From: Nannocystis bainbridge | GTDB taxonomy: Bacteria > Myxococcota_A > Polyangia > Nannocystales > Nannocystaceae | Assembly: GCF_028368995.1 (NCBI RefSeq) | Contig: NZ_JAQNDL010000001.1 | Coordinates: 1,568,001 to 1,632,000 of the forward strand | Reading direction: 5' to 3' | Length of the DNA: 64,000 nt | Shown here: positions 1 to 9,898 of the stretch, piece after piece | Numbering within the stretch: position 1 is the first letter of the stretch | Layout: every line of letters starts with the position of its first letter | Notes under the pieces: generated by a model | What the model was told of the DNA's origin: nothing | What the model saw: only the letters and a program-made list of their open reading frames with translations | The model's database searches: none | Position numbers and translations under genes: made by a program

Positions 1-107
1 GCTGCACGTCGTCGCCGCCGTCGTCGCGCGCGACCGGGCGGACACCTGTCAACCTGCACGTAATGGCCGCTGCGCCCGGGATCGCAGCACCTGTCGGGCG
101 CGACAGG

Positions 108-159
108 TAGCATGCACCTCGGGACATGCACCTTCAAACATGTTCCAAAGGACATCCTA
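108..159. repeat. 14-bp-phased RRRCATGYYY array (4 units)
   Basis: CATG cores at 111, 125, 139 and CATC at 153 (gggacatgcac, aaacatgttcc, ggacatcct); abuts the SDR stop codon. Confidence 0.8.
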
Positions 160-930
160 TTCGACGTAGATCATCGCCCGCGTCATGCCGCCGTCGACCA
201 CGAAGTCCTGGCCGGTGACGAAGCCGGCGCGGTCCGAGACGAGGAAGGCGACCATCGCCGCGACGTCGTCGGGGCGGCCGACCCGCCCGACCGGGTGCTG
301 CGCGTGGTCGACCGGGCGCAGCGGCGCCGGCTCCGGGCGGCCGGGGCCGCGCTCGTCACGGGTGTCGATCCAGCCCGGGCTGACGCAGTTGACGCGGACC
401 GCCGGCCCGAGGCTGCGCGCGAGCGCGTGGGTCAGCGCGACCAGCCCGCCCTTGCTGGCCGCGTAGGCCTCGCTGTCGGGCTCCGACTGGTGGGCGCGCG
501 TCGAGGCGATGTTGACGATCGCCCCGCGGGTCGCCTCGAGGTGCGGCGCCGCGTGCTTGCAGCACAGCATCGGCCCGGTGAGGTTGACCGCCAGCACCCG
601 CTCCCACCGCTCGAGCGCCAGCTTCGCCACCGGCCCGCCGTGTGGGTCGGCGACCGCCGCGTTGTTGACGAGGGCGTCGACCCGGCCGAGCCGCTCCGCC
701 GCCGCCGCCGCCGCCGCTGCGACCTCGGGCTCGCGTGCGAGGTCCGCCTGCACGAACCACGCGGCCTCCGGGCGGGCGAGAGCGGCGAGCGCGTCCTCGC
801 CGGCCTCGCGGTCGACATCGACGAGCACCACGCCGAAGCCGTCGGCCAGCAGCGCGCGGGCGATCGCTCGCCCGATCCCTCGGCCCGCTCCGGTGACGAT
901 CGCGCCGCGCCGGGGACTGGAAGAGCTCAT
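157..930 (-). CDS. Short-chain dehydrogenase/reductase (SDR, FabG-like)
   Basis: TGAGRGIG Rossmann motif, NNAA, catalytic YAASK, VNCVSPG. Confidence 0.93.
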   Translation of the reverse strand: MSSSSPRRGAIVTGAGRGIGRAIARALLADGFGVVLVDVDREAGEDALAALARPEAAWFVQADLAREPEVAAAAAAAAERLGRVDALVNNAAVADPHGGPVAKLALERWERVLAVNLTGPMLCCKHAAPHLEATRGAIVNIASTRAHQSEPDSEAYAASKGGLVALTHALARSLGPAVRVNCVSPGWIDTRDERGPGRPEPAPLRPVDHAQHPVGRVGRPDDVAAMVAFLVSDRAGFVTGQDFVVDGGMTRAMIYVE

Positions 931-981
931 CGGCCTTTTTTAGCACCGCCGGCGCCGCACCGCGAGGCCCGCGAAACTCGA

Positions 982-1019
982 TCACATGCCCCGAAGGACA
1001 TGCCCCTTCCGACATGTCC
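982..1019. repeat. 14-bp-phased RRRCATGYYY array (3 units)
   Basis: CATG at 985, 999, 1013 (tcacatgccc cgaa ggacatgccc cttc cgacatgtcc). Confidence 0.85.
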
Positions 1020-1031
1020 TCGCCGCCAGGC

Positions 1032-2210
1032 TCACGGCGCGACGCGCACGATCTCGTTGGCGCCGGCGTCCGCGTACCAGAGATCGCCTTCCGGCCCGAT
1101 CGTGATGCCCATGATGCGCTTGGCCGGCGTCGCCATGCGATCGATCTCCGTGCCTTCGAGGTCGAACGCGACGATGTCCCCGGTCCCGTGCTCGGACACC
1201 AGCAGCCGGCCCTCGTGCAGCGCCAGGCCTGACGGCTCGTCGAGGCCCTCGGCCAGCACCTGCACGTCGGCGCCCTCGACCCCGGTGTACTCGGCCCCGT
1301 CCCAGTCGCCGATCAGCTTGCCGGTGTTGGTGCCGGACGCGGTGTCGAGGCGCAGCAGCCGACCGGCGCCGGTGTCGGCGATGTAGAGCATCCCGGTCGC
1401 GTGGTCGAGCTCCATGTGGCCCGGGATGTTGCCGAGCCGGGTCACCGTCACGTCCTTGTAGCGGGTGATGACGCCGTCGGTGTGGTCGCTGCCGCCGGGC
1501 CCGTGGTCCGACTGGAAATCGTAGCGGACGATGTTGCCGTTCATCCCGTCGAAGGCCCAGAACGCGTTGCCGGCCTCGTGGGCGATGCCCATGCACAGCG
1601 GGCTCTGGTGCAGCATGTCGAGGTGGCTGCCCTCTTGCCCGTTGGGCGGGAACTCCTGGCCGACCTTGGCGAAGATGTCCAGGTCGGCCGGCCACAGCGC
1701 CGGGCCCATGAAATCGTCGGGGTCCTGCGGCCCGACGTTCCACTCGTTGCGCGACTCCTGACAGGTCGCAAACGTGTCGAGGTCGCCGAACGCCGCCGAC
1801 GACACGTACGCCATGAAGTGCTGCCCGTACGCGTCGATGCGCTCCTCCGAGGTCTGCTGCGGCGTGCCGGGGTCGAAGTAGATCACCACCCCGTGGCTCA
1901 GCATGTTGAACGTCCACAGCTGCTCCGGCGCGGCCGGGTTGAACTCGAGGTCGCGGACCGCGTGCAGGCCGTCGGCGGCGGTGCCGATGACGACGAAGGT
2001 CGCGCCGAACTCGGGCACCACGGGCGCCTCGCCGGTCGTGCCGCTGGTCGGCGCGTCGGTGGTGCCCACGGTCGGATCGACGGTCCCGGTGGTCGTGCCG
2101 GGCTCGCCCGTGCTGCTGCTCGTCGCCCCGGTCTCCGCGCCCGGGTCACCTCCGCAGGACGCGAGGGCGAGCGACGACAGGAGCAGCGACAGCGAGCGAA
2201 GCGAAGGCAT
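1032..2210 (-). CDS. Secreted lipoprotein, Thr-rich linker plus probable beta-propeller (NHL/SGL-like)
   Basis: Lipobox LASC, T/S/G-rich stalk, blade-like repeats (PSGLAL, MGITIGPEGDLWYAD, LYIADTG). Confidence 0.8.
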   Translation of the reverse strand: MPSLRSLSLLLSSLALASCGGDPGAETGATSSSTGEPGTTTGTVDPTVGTTDAPTSGTTGEAPVVPEFGATFVVIGTAADGLHAVRDLEFNPAAPEQLWTFNMLSHGVVIYFDPGTPQQTSEERIDAYGQHFMAYVSSAAFGDLDTFATCQESRNEWNVGPQDPDDFMGPALWPADLDIFAKVGQEFPPNGQEGSHLDMLHQSPLCMGIAHEAGNAFWAFDGMNGNIVRYDFQSDHGPGGSDHTDGVITRYKDVTVTRLGNIPGHMELDHATGMLYIADTGAGRLLRLDTASGTNTGKLIGDWDGAEYTGVEGADVQVLAEGLDEPSGLALHEGRLLVSEHGTGDIVAFDLEGTEIDRMATPAKRIMGITIGPEGDLWYADAGANEIVRVAP

Positions 2211-2334
2211 GACGGGGAGGATACACGACCCCCGCGGACCCGTCGCGCGGTGCAGCCGAATACGACGCCAGCGTGCAAACGCGAGGCACGGTCGAGCTCG
2301 CCGCCGGCCGCGTGTTCGCGCCGCGCCGCCCGCC

Positions 2335-3033
2335 TCAGCGCAAGCGGGCCAGCGTCGCCGCGATCGCGGCCCGCGTGCGCTTGGAGGTCACGTCGCGGAC
2401 CAGCGGATCCACCGGCGGAGCGAACCTCACTAGCGCGATCACCCCGGCGTAGAGCATCACCGTGCCGAGCAGCTGGCGTCGACTGCCGAGCTTCAGCGCC
2501 GTGCCGAACGATCGCTTCATGCGGGCGCCCAGCAGATCGACGCTGAACAGCTCGTCGAGCGCGAGGTGGACCAGAAAGCCGCCGGTGAGGAACAGCCCCG
2601 CGAGCCAGGCCTGGGTCGGCCCGAGGTGGAACGCCTGGGCCGCGACGCACACCACGATCGCGCCGACCAGCGCCGCGAACGGCAGCGAGTGGACCAGCCC
2701 GCGATGGACGCACAGCCAGGCGGTGAAGCCCCGCAGGCCGACGCGGATCGCCACGAAGGCCGCCACCGCCGCGAGCGCCACCAGCCCCGGCGCGGTGTCG
2801 ACATGAAGCGCCGAGGCGACCACGACCGCGGCGACCACGGCGAGGGCGCCGAAGATGATGCGCGTCGGCACCGAGTTGTCGGCGTCGATGTCGGGCAGCA
2901 TGCCCCCGAGCACCCCGAGGCCGAAGCAGACCCCACCGACCTGCGGCGTCACCAATCCGCCCGCGATCGCCAGCCCGGCCGCCAGCGCCGAGGGGATCGC
3001 CGCACCGAGCACGTGGACGCGAAAATTGGCCAT
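2335..3033 (-). CDS. YdjM-like membrane-bound metal-dependent hydrolase
   Basis: N-terminal His, LPDID, HRGLVHS, HLALDE motifs with multiple TM helices. Confidence 0.85.
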   Translation of the reverse strand: MANFRVHVLGAAIPSALAAGLAIAGGLVTPQVGGVCFGLGVLGGMLPDIDADNSVPTRIIFGALAVVAAVVVASALHVDTAPGLVALAAVAAFVAIRVGLRGFTAWLCVHRGLVHSLPFAALVGAIVVCVAAQAFHLGPTQAWLAGLFLTGGFLVHLALDELFSVDLLGARMKRSFGTALKLGSRRQLLGTVMLYAGVIALVRFAPPVDPLVRDVTSKRTRAAIAATLARLR

Positions 3034-3326
3034 GGGGCGGCGGAGCTTAGGCCGGACCGCCCGCCGCGGACAACATCGGGCGCTCCGTCGACTCGCCCGC
3101 GCGCGTCAGCGCCTCGCGAGCGCCCGATCGCGCCTCAAGAGCGCGCGGGACCGCGACCCTCGACGAACCCGGCGGTCTCGATCGGCCACGAACGACGATC
3201 CGCTCGGGGCGACGCGACTCCAACCTCGATCACCCGGGCGGAGCGACGCCGGAGTCTCGCCCCGCGGGCAACAGCCCGCAGGCCCACGACATCCCGCGCT
3301 CGTGCCATTGTCGGTATCATCCGCCG

Positions 3327-4433
3327 ATGCGCTCTCGACCTCCTGCTCAGGCGCTGCTGTGGCTCATGGCGCTGACGTCGTGCTTGACCACCGCGCGCGC
3401 CGACAGCATGCCCGAGGAGGAGCTCTACGGCTTCGAGCTCACCGCCGTCACCGAGCTGTCCGGGCTGTCGCGCTTCCCCGAGCATGTCTTTTACGTGTAT
3501 CCCGCCGCCTGCACCGAGACGATGGCGAGGTTCACGGGATGGCTGGAGACGGGCGACGAGAACCCGGCGCTCGAATATCAGTACTCGTACTCCAGCCGGA
3601 AGGACGACCTGCCCCATTACTTCGTGGTCGGCGACGGCGAGGTGCCGGAGTGGATCGGCGACGGCGCTCCTTGCATCCCCTCGGTCCTCTACGCGCTCGC
3701 CCGCGACGTCGCCGCCACCGTCGATCTCGCGCCCATGACGCTCGCGCAGCTCCACAAGTTCTTCACCGAGGACCCACGACTGTTTCGCAGCAGCTTCGAG
3801 TTCCAGCGCTCCCCGCTGTACGCCAACAACGGCTCACCGCTGCGCGCCGTCCGCGAGCTCGTGCGGGTCCTTCACATCGGTCCTGACGAGATCGTCGCGG
3901 TCCTCGACAGCACCACCTATCGCTTCGAGGACGGCACCGAGCAGACGCTGAAGCTGGCCCACACCAAGCGCCCGCCGTCGCTCCCGTTCAAGCCGCTCAA
4001 GCCCGACAAGCTCACCAAATACGCCGACAAGTACGCCAAGTGGGAGGCCCGCCAACCCCTCGAGCCCCCGCCGGCGCCGCGGCTCCCCGTGATCGACGGC
4101 GCCGATACCGGCTGCAGCGAGGGCACCATCGGGACCGAGCCTGCGCCCGCGCTGCCCGTCGAAGCGCCCGCGCTGCCCGTCGAAGCGCCCGCACCCGACC
4201 CTGTCGCTGCCCCGCCGATCGCCGCCGCGCCCGCCCCGGTCGCCGCGCCATCGGTGATTCCGCCGCCGCCCGAGCCCGAGCCCGCGGAGCCGCTCGAGGA
4301 TGTCTCCGAGGACATGGTCGAAGAGACAGCGCCCGCCACCGATCCGCTGTGGCCGATGGGCGCCGCGATCGCCGGCGGCCTGGCGCTGGTCGCCGTGATC
4401 GCCCTGGCCCGGCGGCCGCGCGCCACGACCTGA
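3327..4433 (+). CDS. Secreted hypothetical protein with Pro/Ala linker and C-terminal TM anchor
   Basis: Signal peptide ending ARA-D, PA-rich region (PALPVEA x2), hydrophobic tail followed by RRPR. Confidence 0.75.
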   Translation: MRSRPPAQALLWLMALTSCLTTARADSMPEEELYGFELTAVTELSGLSRFPEHVFYVYPAACTETMARFTGWLETGDENPALEYQYSYSSRKDDLPHYFVVGDGEVPEWIGDGAPCIPSVLYALARDVAATVDLAPMTLAQLHKFFTEDPRLFRSSFEFQRSPLYANNGSPLRAVRELVRVLHIGPDEIVAVLDSTTYRFEDGTEQTLKLAHTKRPPSLPFKPLKPDKLTKYADKYAKWEARQPLEPPPAPRLPVIDGADTGCSEGTIGTEPAPALPVEAPALPVEAPAPDPVAAPPIAAAPAPVAAPSVIPPPPEPEPAEPLEDVSEDMVEETAPATDPLWPMGAAIAGGLALVAVIALARRPRATT

Positions 4434-4439
4434 CCGTCG

Positions 4440-4449
4440 GGACATGTCC
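4440..4449. repeat. Single perfect GGACATGTCC palindrome
   Basis: Exact decamer 7 bp after the stop of 3327..4433; a degenerate pair (TGTC-N6-GGCA) also at about 4560-4583. Confidence 0.6.
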
Positions 4450-4585
4450 TCGCTGCGCCCCTGCCGCGACGCTCCATGGCCTTCGGGCCATTCCTCACGT
4501 CACCTCGCGGACCTCCGGTCGCCACCGAGCGACCTCGACCGTCACGCTCACCCGCGCCGCCACCTGTCCCGAGAGGCAGCCTCGC

Positions 4586-4852
4586 TCAGTCTCGCTCCGC
4601 CGGCCGGACCACCGCCGCGCCGTCGGGCCGCTGCCAGTCCGGCAGCTCCGTCCCCAGCGCCAGGCCCATCGCCCTCATGGCCTCGCGCAGCTCGGCCACC
4701 AGCGTCTTGCTCGACTCCTCGTGCTGCAGGAGGTCGTGCTCGCGCCACTGCACCAGCTCGCCGACGTAGGCGATGCCGAGCTTGTGGAGGACGTTCCAGG
4801 CGCGGACCGAGATCTCGAGCTCGTCGACCGGGTCGTTGAGGCGCTCATCCAT
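4586..4852 (-). CDS. Stand-alone RNA polymerase alpha-subunit C-terminal-domain homolog
   Basis: PVDELEISVRAWNVL..LGI.YVGELVQ...DLL...GLALG..LPDW aligns by eye with RpoA CTD (PVDDLELTVRSANCL...YIGDLVQ...GLSLG..LENW); 88 aa, no alpha-NTD. Confidence 0.85.
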   Translation of the reverse strand: MDERLNDPVDELEISVRAWNVLHKLGIAYVGELVQWREHDLLQHEESSKTLVAELREAMRAMGLALGTELPDWQRPDGAAVVRPAERD

Positions 4853-4959
4853 CGCGCGAGTGTTCCGAGGCGCGGCCCGGCCTGTCAAGCGACGGCGGTC
4901 GCACGCCCCGCGGCGGCGCCGTGTGCATCCCCCGCGGACCGATCTACACTCTCCGCACC

Positions 4960-5976
4960 ATGACGACGACCATGCGAGCCTACGTGATGACGCGCTACGG
5001 CGGGCCGAGCTCGGCCGAGCTGCGGGAGATGCCGGTGCCCGCGCCCGGCCCGGGCGAGCTGCAGATCCGCGTCCACGCCGCGGGCCTCAACCCGGTCGAC
5101 TTCAAGATCCGCCAGGGCCAGCTCCGGGTCATTCGCCGCTACCCGCTGCCGATCGTGATGGGCAACGAGCTGGCCGGGGTCGTCAGCGCGTGCGGGGCCG
5201 GCGTGACCCGCTTCGCGCCCGGCGACCGCGTGTTCGCCCGCGTCGAAAAGGACACCATGGGCGCGTTCGCCGAGTACGCCTGCGTGCCCGAGGCGCTGGT
5301 CGCCGCGATGCCGGCGGGGCTCGACTTCGCGACCGCCGCGGCGGTGCCGCTGGCCGGGTTGACGGCGCTGCAGGGCCTGCGCGACGAGCTGCACGCGGGC
5401 CCCGGGCAGCGGCTGTTCATCCCCGGCGGCGCCGGCGGCGTCGGCACGTTCGCCCTGCAGCTCGCCAAGCAATTCGGCGCCCAGGTCGCGACCACGGCCT
5501 CGCCTCGCGGCGACGCGCTGGTCCGCCGGCTCGGCGCCGACGTGGTCGTCGATTACACCACCCAGCGCTTCGAGCAGGTGCTGGCCGACTACGACGGCGT
5601 CTACGACCTCGTCGGCGGCGACACGCTGGCGCGCTCGTTCGCCGTGGTCAAGCCCGGCAGCCTGGTGCTTTCGATCGCCGGCCCCCCGGAGCCGCAGACC
5701 GCCAGCAAGGACCTCGAACGCGCCGGCCTGGTGCCGCTGTTCTGGCTGACCAGCGTCGCCGCGCGCCTGCGGGCCCGCCTCCGCGGGGCCCGCTACCGCT
5801 ACCTCTTCATGCACCCGAGCGGCAGCGACCTCGCCGATCTGGCGCGCCGCATCGACGCCGGCACGCTCGAGGTGGTGATCGATCGGGTCGTCCCGTTCGC
5901 GCAGATCGCCGAGGCGTTCGCGCACCTCGAGTCCGGCCACGCCAAGGGCAAGATCGTCGTCCGCACCGTCGAGTGA
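4960..5976 (+). CDS. NADP-dependent oxidoreductase (MDR / quinone oxidoreductase family)
   Basis: GLNPVD, GAFAEY, GGAGGVG, GHAKGKIV motifs. Confidence 0.92.
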   Translation: MTTTMRAYVMTRYGGPSSAELREMPVPAPGPGELQIRVHAAGLNPVDFKIRQGQLRVIRRYPLPIVMGNELAGVVSACGAGVTRFAPGDRVFARVEKDTMGAFAEYACVPEALVAAMPAGLDFATAAAVPLAGLTALQGLRDELHAGPGQRLFIPGGAGGVGTFALQLAKQFGAQVATTASPRGDALVRRLGADVVVDYTTQRFEQVLADYDGVYDLVGGDTLARSFAVVKPGSLVLSIAGPPEPQTASKDLERAGLVPLFWLTSVAARLRARLRGARYRYLFMHPSGSDLADLARRIDAGTLEVVIDRVVPFAQIAEAFAHLESGHAKGKIVVRTVE

Positions 5977-5984
5977 GCGCGAGA

Positions 5985-6025
5985 CGACATGGCCTCTCGG
6001 ACAGGATGTCCGAAAGGCCATGTCC
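5985..6025. repeat. RRRCATGYYY-type units, two 14-bp-spaced pairs
   Basis: CATG 5988/CAGG 6002 and GATG 6005/CATG 6019 (tgtcc gaaa ggcca); between convergent genes. Confidence 0.65.
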
Positions 6026-6057
6026 TTCGCGGGCGCCCGGTCACCCGGACGCGGCGC

Positions 6058-7605
6058 TCACAGGTCGACCGTCAGCCCGCTCGGCACCGTCAGCGGGACC
6101 AGGTGCGAGAAGTCGGGCCCGGCGGGGTCGCTGAGCGCATTCATGAAGTGCACCAGGTAGTCGAGCGTCCCCGAGCCGGAGACGCTGACGGTGGCCATCA
6201 GCGGGTCGACGCCCTCGGCGATGATCGCCGTCCGGTTCTCGAGGAACTGCGAGTGCATCGCCACCTCGTCGACGCTGTCGGTGATGTCGTAGTCGAGCAG
6301 CGCGTCGTCGGGGTCGCGGTAGTGGCGGATGAATTCCTTGATGTCGTTGTAGTGGCTCTGCCGGCCCCAGGGCCCGGTATGCATCACGTTGCGCAAGGGC
6401 GCGGTGCGCCACGCGTACTTGTCGTCCGGGTCGCCGGAGATCCGCATGCGCCCGAAGTCGTCGAGCCCGCCCGGGCCGTCGCCGCCGGGGACCGTGCCGC
6501 CCGGGCCGAACTGCGGCGCCAGGGTCTTGTGAAATTCCTCGTCCGTGAACGCGTTGCCCGAGTGGCACGAGGTGCAGTTGCCGCGGTCGCTGTCGAGGAA
6601 ATGGCGGGCGCCGACCAGCTGGTTGTACGTGAGCGCGCTGTCGTCGCCCGGGACGAGCAGCCCGGTGGCAGGGTCGTAGCGGCCGACGAAGCGGTCCCAC
6701 GGGGTGTCGTTGGCGAAGAAGGTGCGGAACTCGTAGGCCGCGATCGCGTTGCCGGCGTAGGCGAAATGCATGTCCTCGAAGTCGACGCCGGGGTAGGCCG
6801 CCTCGAACATGTCGACGTAGTCCGGGATCGCACCCAGGCGATCCATCATCATGCCCCAGGCGCAGACGACGAAATTGAGCGGCGGATTGTCGAGCGCACA
6901 ATTGGTGGTGATGTCGTTCTCGTTGGGGTACCCGAGCATCTCCTGGTCCGTCACCTGCGGCATCATCGCCTGGCCGGCGGCGACCATCATGTCGGGGTCG
7001 AACGCGTCGTCCTGCCAGCTGAACGGAATGAACGGTCCGCCCAGCGGAATGACGTGGCCGGTGTTGTCGAGCGGGACCTTGTGGTCGACGGCCAGGCCGG
7101 TGGTCAGCTCGTGGAGGTTCCACAGCGGCTGGGTCGTGCGCCCGCCGACCACCGAGCCGACGCGGGACGGGCCGATGCCGACCCCACGGATGCCCCGATT
7201 CATCGTCAGGCTGTCGGTCGTGCCGAGCCGCGGGTGGTGGCAGGTCGAACACGACACGTCCATGTTGCCGCTCAAGATCTTGTCGTAGAACAGCGCCTCG
7301 CCGAGCTCCACCAGCTCGTCCGACGACGCCGGCGGCAGCGCGAGCGGCGTGATGCCGTTCTCCGCGATCAGCGTGCGGACCTGGTAGACGAGGTACCAGC
7401 GCGAGCCGAACGAGTTCAGCTCCCCGAGCTCCTCGGCCTCGCTCTCGGACTCCGACGCGGCGTCGCCGTCGTCGTCGTCGCGCAGGCCGAGCGGCTCGGC
7501 CAAGGGAGAATCGTCGCACGCGACCATGGGCATCATCGACAACCACAGAACCGCCCCGACACGATGCGCCCCGACACGATGCGCCACACTACGATGCTTC
7601 GACAT
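6058..7605 (-). CDS. Diheme cytochrome c peroxidase / MauG-family lipoprotein
   Basis: Two CxxCH (CSTCH, CTSCH), LGEALFYDKILSG, RTAPLRNV..TGPW; GGAGG RBS before ATG 7605; VAC lipobox-like. Confidence 0.88.
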   Translation of the reverse strand: MSKHRSVAHRVGAHRVGAVLWLSMMPMVACDDSPLAEPLGLRDDDDGDAASESESEAEELGELNSFGSRWYLVYQVRTLIAENGITPLALPPASSDELVELGEALFYDKILSGNMDVSCSTCHHPRLGTTDSLTMNRGIRGVGIGPSRVGSVVGGRTTQPLWNLHELTTGLAVDHKVPLDNTGHVIPLGGPFIPFSWQDDAFDPDMMVAAGQAMMPQVTDQEMLGYPNENDITTNCALDNPPLNFVVCAWGMMMDRLGAIPDYVDMFEAAYPGVDFEDMHFAYAGNAIAAYEFRTFFANDTPWDRFVGRYDPATGLLVPGDDSALTYNQLVGARHFLDSDRGNCTSCHSGNAFTDEEFHKTLAPQFGPGGTVPGGDGPGGLDDFGRMRISGDPDDKYAWRTAPLRNVMHTGPWGRQSHYNDIKEFIRHYRDPDDALLDYDITDSVDEVAMHSQFLENRTAIIAEGVDPLMATVSVSGSGTLDYLVHFMNALSDPAGPDFSHLVPLTVPSGLTVDL

Positions 7606-8393
7606 GATACCCTCCAGGCAGGAGAAATGACCCGGGAACGGCTCCGCAGAGCCCCCGTACGTCGAGGTTCTTGTTTGTCCGGCACTCTGCCGTTTCCCTA
7701 CGTCACATGCGTGTACCCCAGCTCTCGTCGCCGCGCGGGCACGTCGATCTCCCGCCCGTGCCACGAACCGTCGCACGAATGCCCCGCGGCCACTCCAAAA
7801 GCTGGATGATCATTTTGCACGAACGGTTGAGCTCGTCAAGGCGAGCGCCACGAATCATCATTTCTTTTTTGCCGAGTGTCCACAATGTACCCCTGTGGCC
7901 TTCACCCTCGCCCCACAGGCCTCGGGACGACCCGTAGCGCGAAGGCCCGCCGCCACGCGCCAGCGCTCACCGCCTCGCACCCGGTCGCCGCCGCGGCCAC
8001 CCGGGAATCGCCGATCCGCCGCAGTTTCACCGTTATTCTCACCGTTAGTTTCCCCGCAATTCGGCCACACACCGCGGGCTTGGCGGCCTCCCCCCGCCCC
8101 TTTCGCTCGCAGATGCCTCCCGCGGCCCCCGGGTGAAGCCTCTGCGGTATCAGCCGTGATGCATGTCGCGTCCACTCGCCTTGACGCATGGTGGCAGGAT
8201 CCGCGGTCTGCGCAGCAGATATCGCGGACGAGACTGGATTTTCGCTGCACCCGCAGCTGGGGTCATTCACGCGCCCCCCGGGCGCGAGATCGATGAATCG
8301 CCGCGGCGATTCCATTGCAGCGTCAACGACCCCGGCCGGGGCGAGGTGCCGCGATTTCCATTGCAGGGCCAACGAATCGCGCGACCGGCCCGC

Positions 8394-9620
8394 TCACCGC
8401 GGGTCTGCCAGCCCCTCGGTGACGTAGAAGAAGCCGATGCACATCTCGTCGGCGGTGCCGTAGCCCCAGGAGGTCGTCATGGTCCGGCCGGTGGTGTCGT
8501 AGGTGCAGTCGATCTGCAGGGTGTCGCCGGCGCGCACGTGCAGCGGCCGCTCGTAGAACGCGAACTGCTGCCAGTGGAATCGATAGTCGTTCACCTGCGC
8601 CAGGCAGGTGTCGCCGCCGGGGCCGCGGGCGGTGACGCGCAATTGTCGGCCGAGGTCGTGCATGTGCGGCCACACGCCCCACAGCGTGAAGTCCTCGTGA
8701 AGCTCGCGCGTGTCCGACTCGACCACCGCCGGCCGGCCCGGCGGCAGCTCGAGGTAGGCGTCCTCGACCCGCTTGACGGACGCCTCGTGGGCCACGCTGG
8801 CCGCCAACTGCAGGTCGATCGCGGTCTGGTCGGAGCCGGCGCCGTGGACCTGGTTGTAGTGCATCTGCAGCACCGCCTGGCGCCCGGCCGCCATGCGCAG
8901 CCCCGTGCCCTCCGGCAGCCGCCCGCCGGGGTCGCCCGGGCCGGTGCCCACCAGCCAGCGCGACGGCACCAGCGGGTCGCCGAAGCAGGTGTACCCGGGG
9001 CCGGCGTCGGCGGCGTCGAGCGCGGCGGCCTCGGCCTCGTCCTCGGCCGCGTCGAGCGCGTAGAGCGTCAGGTGATGCACCATCGACCGCCGGCCGAGGC
9101 GCACCGCGAAGGCGACCACGAACGCGTCGTGGTCGAGCTGTGGGTCGAGGATGAAGCAGCGGTAGACATCGTCCTCGCCGGGGTCGGGCGTGTACGGCTC
9201 CGGCATCGCCAGGGTCAGGTCGACGCGGTCCAGCTGCCACGCGGGCGCGGGCGCGGGCTCCGGGGCCACGGCTGGGCCCGCGGGCGCCCCCGCCTGGGCC
9301 CACGCGTCCAGGGTGGCGAGGTCGTCGTCGGCCAGCCAGCGCGCGCCGGCGAAGGTGTTGCACGCGCCGCTGTTGTCGAGGTTGAACGGCGGCATGCTGC
9401 GCCCGGCCGTGACCTCCGCGATCGCCCCGGCGTGCGGCGCGACCTCCTCGTAGGTGGTGAGCGGAAACGGCCCGATCCCGCCCTGCTGGTGGCACTCCAC
9501 GCAATGGGCGGCGACGATCGGCGCGACGTCGCGGTGATACGTCGGCCCGCCGGCCGACAACCCGGTCGAGCATTGCACGAGCGCGGCGGACCCGACCGTG
9601 AGCGCCTGGAACAGCTGCAT
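8394..9620 (-). CDS. Cytochrome c (CxxCH) fused to copper type II (PHM/DBH-like) monooxygenase domains
   Basis: HCVECH heme motif, MPP, YRCF, VHHL, PHMH, DEMC copper-ligand motifs; start uncertain. Confidence 0.82.
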   Translation of the reverse strand: MQLFQALTVGSAALVQCSTGLSAGGPTYHRDVAPIVAAHCVECHQQGGIGPFPLTTYEEVAPHAGAIAEVTAGRSMPPFNLDNSGACNTFAGARWLADDDLATLDAWAQAGAPAGPAVAPEPAPAPAWQLDRVDLTLAMPEPYTPDPGEDDVYRCFILDPQLDHDAFVVAFAVRLGRRSMVHHLTLYALDAAEDEAEAAALDAADAGPGYTCFGDPLVPSRWLVGTGPGDPGGRLPEGTGLRMAAGRQAVLQMHYNQVHGAGSDQTAIDLQLAASVAHEASVKRVEDAYLELPPGRPAVVESDTRELHEDFTLWGVWPHMHDLGRQLRVTARGPGGDTCLAQVNDYRFHWQQFAFYERPLHVRAGDTLQIDCTYDTTGRTMTTSWGYGTADEMCIGFFYVTEGLADPR

Positions 9621-9898
9621 GCCCGCAAGCAAGCACGGACCGCCCGCGCCGCCCGATGCGACGCGCCAGGACGGGCCCACGTCGCCCACGAGCTCGCCGC
9701 GCCGATCGCCGCCGCGGCTGCGGGGCCGTCGCCGCGCCCGAATCATCGCACTCACGGCTGGCCGCCCGGCGCCGCGACTGCGGCCCGGCCGTCCGTGGCC
9801 GCCTGCCACGATTCCCCGCACCGCACGGCCTCCACCGGATCGACCGCCCGCCCGCTCCCACGATTCACGCCCGCGCCGCGTCGCGGGGCTTCATCGTG

